Source of the DNA: Eledone cirrhosa
Taxonomy: Eukaryota
Direction: 5' to 3'
Assembly (NCBI GenBank): GCA_964016885.1
Contig: OZ024747.1
Location: 74,090,001-74,154,000 of the forward strand
DNA: 64,000 nt
Positions 46,419 through 61,269 of this stretch are shown here, in pieces; positions within the stretch are counted from its first letter, which is position 1, and every line of letters begins with the position of its first letter. The position numbers were made by a program, and so were the translations under genes. A model generated the notes under the pieces. That model was not told the DNA's origin, did no database searches, and was given only the letters and a program-made list of their open reading frames with translations.

Positions 46419-46770
46419 AGGCGGTGGGTTGGCAGTATCGGTAGAGGGTCGGACGCCATGATAGGGCGGTGGGTTGGCAGTATCGGTAGAGGGTCGGACG
46501 CCATGATAGGGCGGTGGGTTGGCAGTATCGGTAGAGGGTCGGACGCCATGATAGGGCGGTGGATTGGCAGTATCGGTAGAGGGTCGGACGCCATGATAGG
46601 GCGGTGGGTTGGCAGTATCGGTAGAGGGTCGGACGCCATGCTTTCCAGCATAGTTACGTCTCTTTATGATCTGAGTTCAAATCCCGCCGAGGTTGACTTT
46701 GCTTTTCATCCTTACGGGGTCGATAGAATAAAGTACCAGTAATGCCCTTGTGCCTAAAGTAGAAACAATA
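46419..46770 (+). mobile_element. SINE S1 with its 45-bp head repeated five times
   Basis: GGGCGGTGGGTTGGCAGTATCGGTAGAGGGTCGGACGCCATG(ATA) at 46419, 46464, 46509, 46554 and 46599. The last copy runs into the SINE body. Confidence 0.92.
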
Positions 46771-46932
46771 CTCTAATTAGGCTTAATCTATATATGTAAA
46801 TTATTTATTGATTATATTACTCAAAAAAGAAAGCTCAATGAACATTAAACGCTGAGTATAGTTTTTTTTATAAATGTAAATGATATGCCGAAAAATCTTT
46901 ATCATTTATCAATTTCTCAACTTGATATATGA

Positions 46933-46985
<53 letters not shown>

Positions 46986-47035
46986 TGTGTGTGTATGTGT
47001 ATGTATATGTATATAAATATCTATGTATCTATCTG

Positions 47036-47083
<48 letters not shown>

Positions 47084-48131
47084 AATATCCATATACATAG
47101 GGGATAACTTGTCATTCAAATATAACATATTAAATACGAGACTATGGTTGAGTTTAATCTTATTTTCTTTTGTTATTTTTTAAAGTCTATTTCCTTAGAC
47201 CTTTATGTTTTGTGCGGTACAATACTGTTGCCGAGTTGTTAAGCTATTGTTGTAAACTACAATGCAGTACTTGCAATAAAATTAGATTAAAGAAAGAACT
47301 TTAATAGACATTGCGATTCGATATTGAATTCTTGAAACACAAGCAGCTTTCTTTTCAGGCTACAGTAAGACTGATGGTCGGAAAATATGCAGTTAAGTCA
47401 TGTATTTTTTGTATTTATGTATGTATGTATGTATGTATGTATGTAGTATTATGTATGCATATAAATGTATGTTTTTGTGTGCGTATGCATATAGGTAAGT
47501 ATGTATATGTGTTTGTATGTATGCATATGAATGTATGTTTTTGTGTGTGTATGCATATAGGTATGTATGTATATGTGTTTGTATGTATCTTTGTGTATGT
47601 GTGTATGTATGGATTGATGTATGAATGAATGTGTGTGTGTGTGTATGTATGGATGCATGCATATATCGCTGAGTATATATATGAATGGTGTATGAATATG
47701 AATGTAAGCGTGCGTGCGTTTGTATGCATGTATGTATTTGTGTATGTATACGTGTATGTATGCATGTATGTATATATAGATGTGTGTATATGTGTATGTA
47801 TGTCTGTGTGTATTATGTATGTATATATGTATATATATATATATATATATATTATATATGTATATGTGTATATATGTATATATGTATATATGTATATATG
47901 TATATATGTATATATTATATATGTATATATGTATATATGTATATATGTATCTGTCGTTTTAGATAAGCAGAAGGATTGATAAGAAGTTTAGCAACTAGTT
48001 AAAGACATATAAATGCACGTGTAAATACACAAACACATAGATAGATAGTTAGATTGATAGATATATAGTTATAGATAGAAAGATAGATAGGTAGATACAT
48101 AGATTGATAGGTAGATAGATAGATAGATAGT

Positions 48132-48170
<39 letters not shown>

Positions 48171-48715
48171 ATAGAGATGCAATGAAGTGGTGAATGTAGC
48201 CGCAAGTATTTGGAGAGCATCGTATTATAAAGTTTTATATGTTTATTTATTTCATCTTATGTAATTTTTGCGCCATACATCTCCAACTACATGCTAACCC
48301 TATCAACTGTTTATATAAATAGTGTTTCAAATTTAATACTTGTATATTTACTCACTTCGATATGTCTATAATGATAAACACACGTGATAACAGCAGGCAG
48401 CAGATAATGGTTTGCTGCTTTCTACTATTTTATACTGAAATATTTTTTTCATTTATTTAAACATGGCCAATTATATACTAGGAGATACCATATAAGAGCA
48501 GGCGAATTTAGGAGTGTTAACATGCAATTGGTAGAGTTTACAATAATACTACATAATTCATACAATATTGGTTGAATTTCCGAAACCAATGTTATATATT
48601 TCTTTATATGAAGCAACGAGGCAGACTTTTTAACCAATGCTCAACACTATATCTTTACATAAGAAAATACTAAGCTATATATTATATTACAATTTTTACC
48701 TGATCCTAGGATTAG

Positions 48716-48840
48716 TGGCGGCGTGTGTTCTAGTGATTAGGATGTTGAACTTAAGATCATAATGTCGTCGATCGATTCCTGGGCAAGGTTCTGTGTTGTG
48801 TTATTGAGCAAAACACTTCATTTCACGTTCCTCCGGTACA
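48716..48840 (+). mobile_element. Old tRNA-derived SINE (family S2), 5' part
   Basis: tRNA-like head followed by TTGAGCAAAACACTTCATTTCACG. Related minus-strand copy at 55995-56138. Confidence 0.6.
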
Positions 48841-49070
48841 CAATCTGAAAATAAGTAACAGCAATAGCTGATGGTTTAACACTGCGAAGTACAATGACTG
48901 TTATCAACGACGAATTCAATAAAAGTATCTTATTAGCTCATCTCTTTTATTTTAAATTCAATCTCAGTAAATTCTGTAAAAAAACACGCTCACTCTCAGT
49001 AAAAACGTTTATTATGAAACACTGAAGAATTCTCATCCTACCTGGGAAGTCGGTGTGTAGAAGATTTAGA

Positions 49071-50133
49071 AGTCGACCCTAAGTAGGAACAATAACCTTA
49101 AGAAAGATATGACCGACACCAAATCATTTTGTATTGAAAATGTTGAAAGTAGGTTTATAAGTATGTATTTGCATTAGCTCTACGTAGCTGTCTCAGTGGC
49201 CTAACGGTAGGTACTACAGCCGGTGGAGATCCTGGTCTTGGGTTCAATCCTAGTCAACAAGTACGAGAAAGCTTTTTCAGTTTTTATATTACAACCCATA
49301 GAAGAAAAAAACTGAAAAGGGAACCCTACTCCCGACCAGGATTGAACTTTAGGCTGTGGTTCTTCCAACTACTCCGCTGAGACAGCTACAAAAGTATTAA
49401 AAAAATTAATAATTATAAACCTAATTTCAAAATCAAAGTTAAGAAGATGTGCTGTCGTTCATGGCTTTCCTTGAGCTATTAGTCACATTTATGGTCGACT
49501 TGTCAATCTTCTGGCTCTTTGGTAATATCACAGAGAGAGAGGGTGAGAAATGAGGTACAACAGAAATGAAACATGGATTACAGGTTAAAACATAGTCTAG
49601 ATAGAGGAGAAACAAAACGAGGGTGTAGATTATGGTACACTCAAATAATTTCGAAGTCGACATTAAGTAGGAACAATAACATTAAGACTTAAACAACACT
49701 TTGTTTTGAAAATTTTGAAAGTAGGTTTATAAGTATGAATTTTCATAAGATGTTCGTAGTTGGCTCTGTGGCCTAGTGTTCGGTACTAGAGACAGTGGAG
49801 ATCTTGGGCTTGGGTTCAATCCTTGTCAAGAAGTACGTGTAATCTCTTTCAGCTTTTATTTTACATCCCATAGAAAAAAAACTGAAAACCTTTACCGAGA
49901 ACCCTATTCAGACCAGGATCGAACTTCAGACCAGAATCACCACCGTTTTGAAATTAGGTTTATACTTATTAATTTTTATCATACTTTTGTAGCTGTCTTG
50001 GCGGCATAGTTGGGGGGGGGGGGATCACCACCGCCTATAATTCCCCACCCCACCCCAACCCCCAACTATGCCGCCGAGACAGCTACAAAAGTATGATGAA
50101 AATTAATAAGTGTAAACCTAATTTCAAAATCAA
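49071..50133. mobile_element. Inverted-repeat element with two convergent tRNA-like heads, tandemly duplicated and folded back
   Basis: Units start at 49071 and 49655. TTGAAAGTAGGTTTATAA..TAGCTGTCTCAGTGG pairs with CCGCTGAGACAGCTA..TTATAAACCTAATTTCAA. Palindrome at 49946-50129. Confidence 0.65.
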
Positions 50134-50657
50134 GGCAAAGGATAGGAGACCAAGCTAGATCATGTCAATAAAATCTCCTGCGTACTGTTTAAATACACAA
50201 CAAGTCTACGATATCGAAATGGCTAAGTGCCTGCAGAAGGACACTCAGGGGACATGACCTGGATGTGGCACGCTCGGCCAGACCACATAGACTCTAAGAC
50301 GTTAAGGACTGAAACTCTTGGATGGTGCTTCCCTGAAGACATCCTGCTATCCAGCACACCTGAGAGCCCTATTGTCAGTGGTGTGTCAGAAATGTATTCT
50401 GTTTTCATGAAAATAGCTCCGCAACCAGATTCTTCTGCATCTGATCTTACTGAATAAAATTCGACAATTGTGCTCAACGATAAACCAGATTGATCTAAAT
50501 ATTGAAGAGCACAGCAACTGAAGTTCCTCCCATTGCTAGACACATTTAGGAATTCCCTACCATGTCTATAATTATAGACATATTCTCATCTGTGGAAACT
50601 AAACGTTAAAATGTGGAATTTCAAAGATAATTAAACAACACGTTGAGTATTATTGTT

Positions 50658-50845
50658 AGGGCGATGGATTGGCAGTATTGGTAGAGGGTCGGACGCCATG
50701 TTTGACGCGTAGAGTTACGGCCCTTGCCATTCTGAGTTCAAATCCCGCCGAGGTTAAATTTGCCTTTCATCCTTACGGGGTCGATAAAATAAAGTACCAG
50801 TAATACACTGGGTGTTTTGCTGGCCTTTTGCCAAAAGTAGAAACA

Positions 50846-50875
<30 letters not shown>
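50658..50875 (+). mobile_element. SINE S1 with (ATT)n tail, followed by (AGT)n
   Basis: Full-length match. Confidence 0.88.
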
Positions 50876-50912
<37 letters not shown>

Positions 50913-51278
50913 CATTAACAGAATTAAATAGATATATCAATACAATTATATATCAATATCGATTTCACATCCGTGAATGGTAATATAATGTAAGAGAGTG
51001 AAATAAATTTCAACAGAATTGAAGCTTTAATAATTTTGAAGCGGAAGGGTTTTAGATAATCAATAGAAACCTACGATATTATTACAAACAGATCTTGAAC
51101 AATCTGAATGTAATAGTCATATGGTATAACATATATCTATCTATTTATCTTCCTATCTATATATGTACCTATATATAATTGGAGGCTTAGTAAAATCGAA
51201 TCTTTGGCGGTGTGCAAGCAAATTCGACCTACTATATGAATGAGTTAGCAAAGCACTCGACAAGGTAGGTTCTTAGAG

Positions 51279-51362
51279 TAATAACATATGTTTAAATAGC
51301 TTGACAAATAACATATGTTTAAATAGCTTGACAAATAACATATGTTTAAATAGCTTGACAAA
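51279..51362. repeat. 27-bp tandem repeat x3
   Basis: AATAACATATGTTTAAATAGCTTGACA repeated. Confidence 0.92.
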
Positions 51363-51928
51363 TTGAACATTGTGGTAGGCAAAATCTAACACACAATACC
51401 AAAGTAACGAAAGAACAGGTTGAGAAAAAATACACCTGCACAAATCAAACGTTATACATTTAAACTGTTTCTATGAATCCGAAATCAAATATCAGACTTA
51501 CGTAACTGGCAAGCTCGTTGTATTCATGATCGAACAGAGGATTCATTTCATCAACAGGATTTCGTTCTATCAAAGAACGGGGCGAAATACTAAATGTTGC
51601 AACTAACATCAGAGAATCGAACATTTAGTTGTCATGTGTTATTTCCAACAAGGGAAATAACCCCCGGTTTTTGGCGGGTCATTCAAAGTGTTAGACAAAG
51701 GCAATATTATAATTTCCGCTAACATTCAGAATAAGCTCTCGACCAGATGTTATTAAACAAACACAAATAATTAACCAATCAACAGAATTGTCTAATTAAA
51801 TTAATTAGTTAATTATTAAATCTAGGAGAAAATAATATATATATATATATATAACAAGAGCTGGGTGGAAAAATCGGGATATGACGTGATAGAGTCGGAA
51901 AGTACTCTATTACGGAGGTAGGAGCTAG

Positions 51929-52062
51929 ATAACGGAGGAAGTGTGGTAAGGAACCAGATGGACCATAACGCACCAGAGTACTCAATACTTAGGGTAGTAG
52001 AGTGGGTAATAGGAAAAATTTAGCCCCGACGGCAGAGCCCAAGCCGTTTCGGCGGCTATTTC
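51929..52062. mobile_element. P1 copy truncated inside the hammerhead stem
   Basis: P1 tail followed by CCCCGACGGCAGAGCCCAAGCCGTTTCGGCGGCTATTTC. Confidence 0.78.
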
Positions 52063-52153
52063 TATATATACTGTATATATACTTAGGGTAAACATTGATG
52101 CAATTCTATTCAAGCACTCAACGTACTTTTTCCACATAGGAGTGACGGAGTAA

Positions 52154-52490
52154 ATATCGAATAAGGAAAATCGAAGTAGTTTCAGATGTTCAAGTCTGTG
52201 GGTGTGAATTGGTACTCACTAGGGAACGGATGAAGAACCCAACAGCACACACTTCGTCCGTACCCATGTGGATCCAATTTGGATTGCCTCGGAAACATAA
52301 CCTTATTATGTAACAAGCTGTCTGACGATGTCGCGGCACTGGCGCACGGAGCAGTGTGGCCACTGTCGCCATTGAAATATATATCACAGCATTATTATTA
52401 AAAGACTGTGGCCTTGTGCCAAAAGTAGAAACAATTATTATTAAAAGACTTGAACATCTGAAACTACTTAGCTTTTCCTTATTCGATATA
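52154..52490 (+). mobile_element. Fold-back element (family P4) with a complete hammerhead
   Basis: ATATCGAATAAGGAAAA...GTTCAAGTCT (52155-52198) is inverted at 52446-52489. It encloses a hammerhead. Confidence 0.75.
52317..52390 (+). ncRNA. Type I hammerhead ribozyme with long stem II
   Basis: GCTGT-CTGACGA-[GC-rich hairpin]-GAAA-TATATA-TC-ACAGC. Perfect 5-bp stem I and AUC cleavage site. Confidence 0.82.
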
Positions 52491-52510
52491 CTGTATATAT
52501 ATATATATAT

Positions 52511-53247
<737 letters not shown>

Positions 53248-53471
53248 ATATTCTATTTATATTAGGCTGTATACTAATGGGTAGAACCGGTGGTTGGGGT
53301 TGGTAGACGATGATGCAATAAATTAATTAAAGCAGTGAACGTTATACAAATCATCGATCGTAGATGTGGTATCCCGTGGCTGGTGCAGGAACGAAGTTAA
53401 GTATTCATTAAAAGAACAGAAATGTACTTATAAATTTTAATTCCACAAGAGCACTATAGATATTTCGATGG

Positions 53472-53530
<59 letters not shown>

Positions 53531-53533
<3 letters not shown>

Positions 53534-53730
53534 AAATGTATGACCCCGACGGAGGAGCTCAAGCCGTTTCGACGGCTATTTCTGGACAGAAATAGTCCAG
53601 AAATAGCCGTAGAAACGGCTTGAGCTCTGCTGTCGGGATCATACGTTTTCCTATTACCCACTCTACTACCCTAAGTATTGAGTACTGTGGTGCGTTATGT
53701 TCCATTTGATTCCTTACCACAACTCCTTCG

Positions 53731-53733
<3 letters not shown>
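53531..53733. mobile_element. P1 fold-back copy in (TA)n
   Basis: Palindrome about GGAC-AGAAATA-GTCC plus the P1 tail, in opposite orientation to the 5561 copy. Confidence 0.8.
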
Positions 53734-53799
<66 letters not shown>

Positions 53800-54115
53800 T
53801 GTGTATATTTATGTGTGTATATATGCCTTTGAGATAGCAGCCAACATATACGATGCGTTCTTCCGTTCGTTGTAATTTATCTCTCTCCAATAGGATGATG
53901 TCGCAACCCCGATTTATTTGTAATTAGTTATAATTATTCCATGAGCGATTATAGCGAATTCTTTTCGGCGTAAACAATATGTGATACATTCTGTAGAAAT
54001 CATAGGTATCTTATTATCGCATACATATATACGCGCACACACACACATAGGTATATATAATATGCAATCGTATATACATACATGCACACATACATATATT
54101 TACAGAAACGTGTAA

Positions 54116-54151
<36 letters not shown>

Positions 54152-54247
54152 GTATATATATATATATACATATATACATATATAATTTTTATATAATTTT
54201 TAACGTTCATACGCGGAACAAATGCATACACATATGTAATATATAAC

Positions 54248-54360
<113 letters not shown>

Positions 54361-54678
54361 TTCGTTTTTGTAGAGTGGTTCTATAATGGTTTGTGTATGT
54401 TGCTATGGAGCCCGCATACATTCACAAACCCCTGATCACGGTATACCTCCATCAACGGACCACATATCAATAGCTTTTATTTACTCTCCATTTAGTTAAA
54501 CTCTACACCTCGATTAGAAATAAAAAAAATGCACAAATTAAAAGATACAAACATCGATGCTATGTGATTTCCGAGTGGCAATGGGATCTGGTTTTCTTTC
54601 TTTCGTATTATGTATTAAAATTCGTTGTTAAAATATGGTAATCATATAGGATATCGCTAACAAAAGAATATGTCATTA

Positions 54679-54749
<71 letters not shown>

Positions 54750-54974
54750 TGATATACATATATATATATATTTGTGCTTGTATGTATCTGTGTGTGTATG
54801 TGTGTGTATACATATGCATATATATGCATATATATGTATGTATGTGTACGGATATAAGGAGTATAGCGAATAACGTTCATGATAGATTTAGGAAATGCAT
54901 TGTTGGAAACAAGAGGCACATAAGACATTATGTAAATATCTCAGTAAAAGACATAAAACTCTAACATTTCATTA

Positions 54975-55088
<114 letters not shown>

Positions 55089-55684
55089 GTAGGTAGATAT
55101 TTAGATAAATACATGCCTACACACACATGCATTCATATTTTTATCAATAAATGTGTGTGTCTACCAGGTAGTTGGATATCAATTCAATGATAATGTTCTT
55201 TCTCAGCATGTTTCTGATGAGCAAGGGGCTGAGTTACATGTCCAATGTGTAAAAAACAGACAACCTTCAATCCGTTGTTGGATGAAAGAACTGATTGTTG
55301 CTGTTGGGTTATTGTATTTGACAATAATTCCAGGCTGCTCTTCGATTATTCTGTTGCTAAGAGCGTGGAGGTTCGATCGTTTGCTACCATCATATACAAT
55401 ATTCATGAACACATTGGCATAATTCAGAGTGAGGACACGCTTCGGTAGTCTTTCCCACGAAACGTTATCTAGGATTCGAATATATATATATATATATATA
55501 TATTAGAAAGATCGAGTATCGAAAAATCGGCGCACGAGTTCACGATAAACAATATTCGAAATGAGCGGCAGAGGGCTCAATAATTCAATTGAATCAGAGC
55601 TATAACTATCGTTAAAATACCGTCACACATAGAACAAGTCTACAATCAACCATACGATAAAAAATCGATAATAGAAGATTCGGG

Positions 55685-55720
<36 letters not shown>

Positions 55721-55994
55721 CATATATATATAAAGTCGATCGTTCCTTTAAAAAAAATATATATATATATATGTATGTATATTCATATATATATGAATAA
55801 ATATATATATGAATATGAATATGAATATATATATGAATATATATATGACTATATATATGAATATATATATGAATATGAATATATATATACAGATATATAT
55901 ATATATATATATATTTTTAAAGGAACGATTGACTTTCATCAAATAGAACCGAGGAAACAATGTTTCCGTTGGTTTTTCCAATTGCTAATACTAT

Positions 55995-56138
55995 CTATCG
56001 GTCGCAACTCCAGGTAGAAGGAGCAACGTGAAATAAAGTGTCTTGCTCAAGGACATAACGCATCACCCGGTCCAGGAACTGAACTTACAACCTTACGATT
56101 GTGAATCCAATTTTCTAACCACTCAGCAACACGCCTTC
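55995..56138 (-). mobile_element. SINE S2, 5' part
   Basis: GTGAAATAAAGTGTCTTGCTCAAGGAC...CTAACCACTCAGCAACACGCC is a reverse tRNA-like head plus core. Confidence 0.65.
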
Positions 56139-56177
56139 TTTAATATATATAAATATATATATATACATATATATACA

Positions 56178-56369
<192 letters not shown>

Positions 56370-56405
56370 TATGAATATATATACATATATATATATATAA
56401 ATATA

Positions 56406-56455
<50 letters not shown>

Positions 56456-56583
56456 TATATATATATATATTTATATATATTAAAAAAGAAGTGACATAGT
56501 CACTACTTTAAAATGATAGCGCAAGGTATTCAAAATGTTTTAAATTAAACATACGTTATATTGCCAAACATACTATACAATCA

Positions 56584-56669
<86 letters not shown>

Positions 56670-56936
56670 GAGAGAGAGTACCTTGTTGTCTAATAGTCGT
56701 ATCATTAATGATGCATAGATACACTGCTACTAATCTGTCTCTCCTAGGAGACTAAACTTGGTGAGCTCTTGGACACTTGGAGAGAATAGGATATTTTAGG
56801 TATTGGAAATAGGATGTTAGTGTACCTTTATGTTGAATATAAGTAGGATATTTATTTTGATGGTGTATTGTCTACATGCCCTTATATTGCATACAGCTAT
56901 CACGTTTAATATTAACCTAGAGTGTTTAAGGTAACA

Positions 56937-57560
<624 letters not shown>

Positions 57561-57593
57561 TTTTATATATATATATATATATATAAATATATA

Positions 57594-57621
57594 AACGTGT
57601 GGTGCCTCTTATAGTTATATA

Positions 57622-57653
<32 letters not shown>

Positions 57654-57675
57654 ACTATAAGAGGCACCACACGTT
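57594..57675. repeat. Hairpin with ~23-bp unique arms around (TA)n
   Basis: AAACGTGTGGTGCCTCTTATAGT...ACTATAAGAGGCACCACACGTTT. Confidence 0.9.
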
Positions 57676-58440
57676 TTCCCTTACGTCACATAAAGGTTTA
57701 TGTGTACTTTATGTATTTAATTGCGATAAATTAATGTCTTGACTCTCGTCTCGTACTCAACTGGTCAGCGGATTTCAGTATTTCAGTATGGAAAGAACAA
57801 GATGGTCAGCGTTATATATATTCAGTTTACAGTCTCAATGACTCACTGAACGTTTTAATGTATATTTGATGGGAGGTTGTCTAAAACAATTTACTGAAGG
57901 AAATTACTATCTGGATGACAGCCTTAATTGTTTTAGAGATATTTAATGGTTAGTTGTTAATCTGGAGAGTAGCGTAGACAATTCTCTGCTTGAATAATTC
58001 ACGACATGAAATCATTGATAGCCCCGGATAACACAGATTTTGCTGAATTCTCTATCTTATACCTATTTTGACTAATTTGTGCTGCATTGCTTCCAAAATT
58101 GCATTTTGTTGTTCTATTACGTCAATATATTATATTATTATATATCCACAATGTATTTTTAATCACTGTGAAAAAGAAATTACTTGATTACAATCTTCAT
58201 TGATGACCGGCTGCGTAAAGAGATATTGTCTGACTGATTGTTATTTTGAGGTGATTGTCTGGTAGATGGATGATTAATAATCTGGATATCTATCTAAGGA
58301 ATTTTCTGTCTCATTGAGTGATAGAAATATTTCATGAAGGGTTGTTGGACGTACGACATTCTAAATATTTGTTTCTAAATAATATATAGCCTAGCCTGTC
58401 TTATTGTTTAGTAAATGTGGTTAACGCCCTCTACATGACC

Positions 58441-58545
58441 ACTGAGGTTAACTTTGCCTTTCATCCTTACCGGGTCGATAAAATGAAGTACCAGTAATAC
58501 ACTGGGTAATTGCTGGCCTTGTGCCAAAAGTAGAAACAATTATTA
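58441..58545 (+). mobile_element. 5'-truncated SINE S1
   Basis: Core and tail only. Confidence 0.85.
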
Positions 58546-59280
58546 TGGACTCATGAATGGGTGGGAGAAATAGTTATCTTCGAGGCGGTCCAAGTCTTTG
58601 CAACGATGTATTCTTTGCTCAAACCACACAAGGGACACGTGGCTGTGTTAGTAAGGTTGATGCATAACGTACCCCACCCTTGTAGGTTACAGCAGTATTT
58701 GAACTCTGAATAGAAAGAACAAGATCAAATAGGAGACGGCTACTCGTCTATGTTAAAAATTCAATTATTCTACCGTCCTTAAATGATGTTTTATGTAGCG
58801 ATCATGAAAAGATGGAAAGCAAATTTGACCTCGGCGGGAGTCGAACTCAGAACGCAGAGTGACTGAACAAATACTGTCTCGAGAATTATTATATGCTTAG
58901 TTAAGGAATATTTGTTTGGATAATATAGAGTCTGTCAAGCTGACAGAATGTTTTCTTTGATGGTTTATATATGGTTTATATAAGGTTTATATACGGTTTA
59001 TATAGGGTTTATATACGGTTTATATACTGTACATGGAGCTAAATATATGATATGACTGTTTCACCGTATAGTTTCATGTTTAGCTGACGTGTGGAATTAT
59101 GCAAATCTAAATCACATAAAACTAGATTCGTTTACATTTCTACATAAGGAACTTAATGAGTTCATTATCACAGCTGATTGAGAAGATACTGCCTGTCTAC
59201 TAAAGGTTTAATTCGAAAGTTTGTCTCGAGTCCTTGGGGTTAACAGGTCGGTGCTTTGCCGGGTTTCCGTAGAGTAAAGC

Positions 59281-59366
59281 GACTGAGAGTGCAGTACTCC
59301 CTCAGGGCCGGACTGAGAGTACAGTATTCCCTCAGGACAGGACTGAGAGTACAGTACCCCTCAGGA
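59281..59366. repeat. 30-bp tandem repeat x3 within an old SINE-like remnant
   Basis: GACTGAGAGTACAGTA..CCCTCAGG repeated. Confidence 0.8.
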
Positions 59367-60143
59367 CGGGAAACAAGTCCATTGAATGAAGTGTTTTGCT
59401 CCAAAACCAAGTCAAGGAATCGAACCTACTCTGTCTAGTAATGTTGACAAATGTTCCCATTCCATCTCTAGGCCTACTTTATGTCTACTAATTTTCCTGT
59501 CTACACCACGTTATGAATAGGTGCAACTACGAATGTACAGCTAACAGCTTAAGGTTAGCAAGAGCAGTGTTATTAACACTTATTTCCTACATAATGTTCA
59601 TAGAATACGATAAGTTTATCTGATATATACAGAGCGGATTTCTGATTTTTCTTTAGCAGCTTATAATGTCGAAGTGAAGCATCGCTATGAATATCAAACC
59701 GTGACAGAAACACACATTCTCTAGTAATATTTCAACCAATGATATTATCACTACGCTCCAGTAAACTGTTTCCAAATCAATAATTTCTAGACAATAGGTA
59801 GGCTCGTCTCAGTTTTTGTTCCACTGAAATATTTCATGATTAGCCGATTGGTTGGTTGCTTCGTAGATCAGTAGGGTAGTAAGGTGATTGTTGGCTGGTT
59901 GTTTGGGTGGTTGGATAGGAGACAGCTCGGTTCAATAATAAATTGAATGGTTGGTTTAATCATATTGGTCTTAAAGATATAGTTATTTATGAGGCTAATC
60001 CGGATTGTAGGATAGACAATAATAGTATTGTTGGCAGTGTGTGTGTGTGGGGGGGGGGGTATATTTAGAATAGTGTCGACATTGATATTGGTTATGGAAA
60101 TGTGGTTGATATTGTGAATGGTCCACTGAATAGTTTTGTGGAT

Positions 60144-60350
60144 TACGAGAGTCGGCTGAAAAGTTCATATGCTGGCCAAGATAATCTGAATGACTAAAAA
60201 AGATTTATTTTTCAACATTGTCCCTTGGAAGAAAAGTTGAAATTATTGCATGAAGATTTCACAGCTGTAGCATTACTCCTTCATAGGCTGACCAAAATGT
60301 TAACGTGAAATGATCAAATGAGGTTTAGTTTTCATTAGAGTCCCTAGAAA
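60144..60350. mobile_element. Mariner-like terminal remnant
   Basis: TACGAGAGTCGGCTGAAAAGTTCATA resembles a mariner TIR start (TA + CGAG...GAAAAGT). Partial internal repeat TTCATAGGCTGACCAA. Confidence 0.4.
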
Positions 60351-61089
60351 GTACCAATGCAGTTATTAATGAGAAGAGTTGAAATTAATGCATGCAAGAT
60401 TTCACGGTTGTAATAGTATGTGGTGGTATACGAGGTTGTAGTAGCATGTGGTAGACTAAAACATCATAGTACATTACAGTTGTATGTATAGAAGGTTCTA
60501 ATAGTGGGTGATGATATAGAAGTCTGGAGTTTAGTGTGGTTGCATGGCATATTGTAGGAGGTAGTGTGTGGTGGTTTAAGATGTTGTAGTAGTGTATTTG
60601 ATGACATAGGAATCAGCAAAATAACTAGATCCCTGGTTATTTTACACTTACTTTTTCAAAGGCCGATTCCCACAGTTATTTGAGATAGAAATCTGACAGA
60701 GTAAAGGCCCAGTTAACTCTATATAGAAATCGAAGCTACAGTTATTTTGACCTCACTAATCCATTGATCAATCGGTCTGCTCTATACACATCTTACCTAT
60801 AATCACGTTTACAGTCAACATTGCATTGATTTATTGGTTCATTTCATTAACAGCTTCAATCTTCCTACAATTACTACCGTACACTATTACAACTTCTTAT
60901 ATTACCACACACTAATATCAACCAGGAATGTATGTGTCTATATGGTTGTTTGACCTGTTGGAAATAGCAACAACATTCAGCGCATTACTTCGCAAAGTCT
61001 ACTGCAAAGTCTACTGCAAAGTCTGCAGGAATTAACAGTCAAATCTCTCCCAAATCTCACCCTGATTTTTTAGAAATGAAAGACATTAA

Positions 61090-61269
61090 ATAATTGTTTA
61101 TACTTTTGGCACAAGGCCAGCAATTACCAGTGCTTACTGGTACTTTATTTTATCGACCCCGTAAGGATGAAAGGCAAAGTTAACCTCGGCGAGATTTGAA
61201 CTCAGAATGGCGAGGGCTGTAAATCTCTGCGTCAAAGCATGGCGTCTGACCCTCTACCGATACTGCCAA
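61090..61269 (-). mobile_element. SINE S1
   Basis: Reverse complement match to S1. Confidence 0.85.

Noticed and set aside
55150-55470. Possible host exon, or hammerhead at CTGATGAG (55214)
   Set aside because: No convincing splice sites or domain, and no downstream GAAA/stems. More likely a decayed retroelement fragment.
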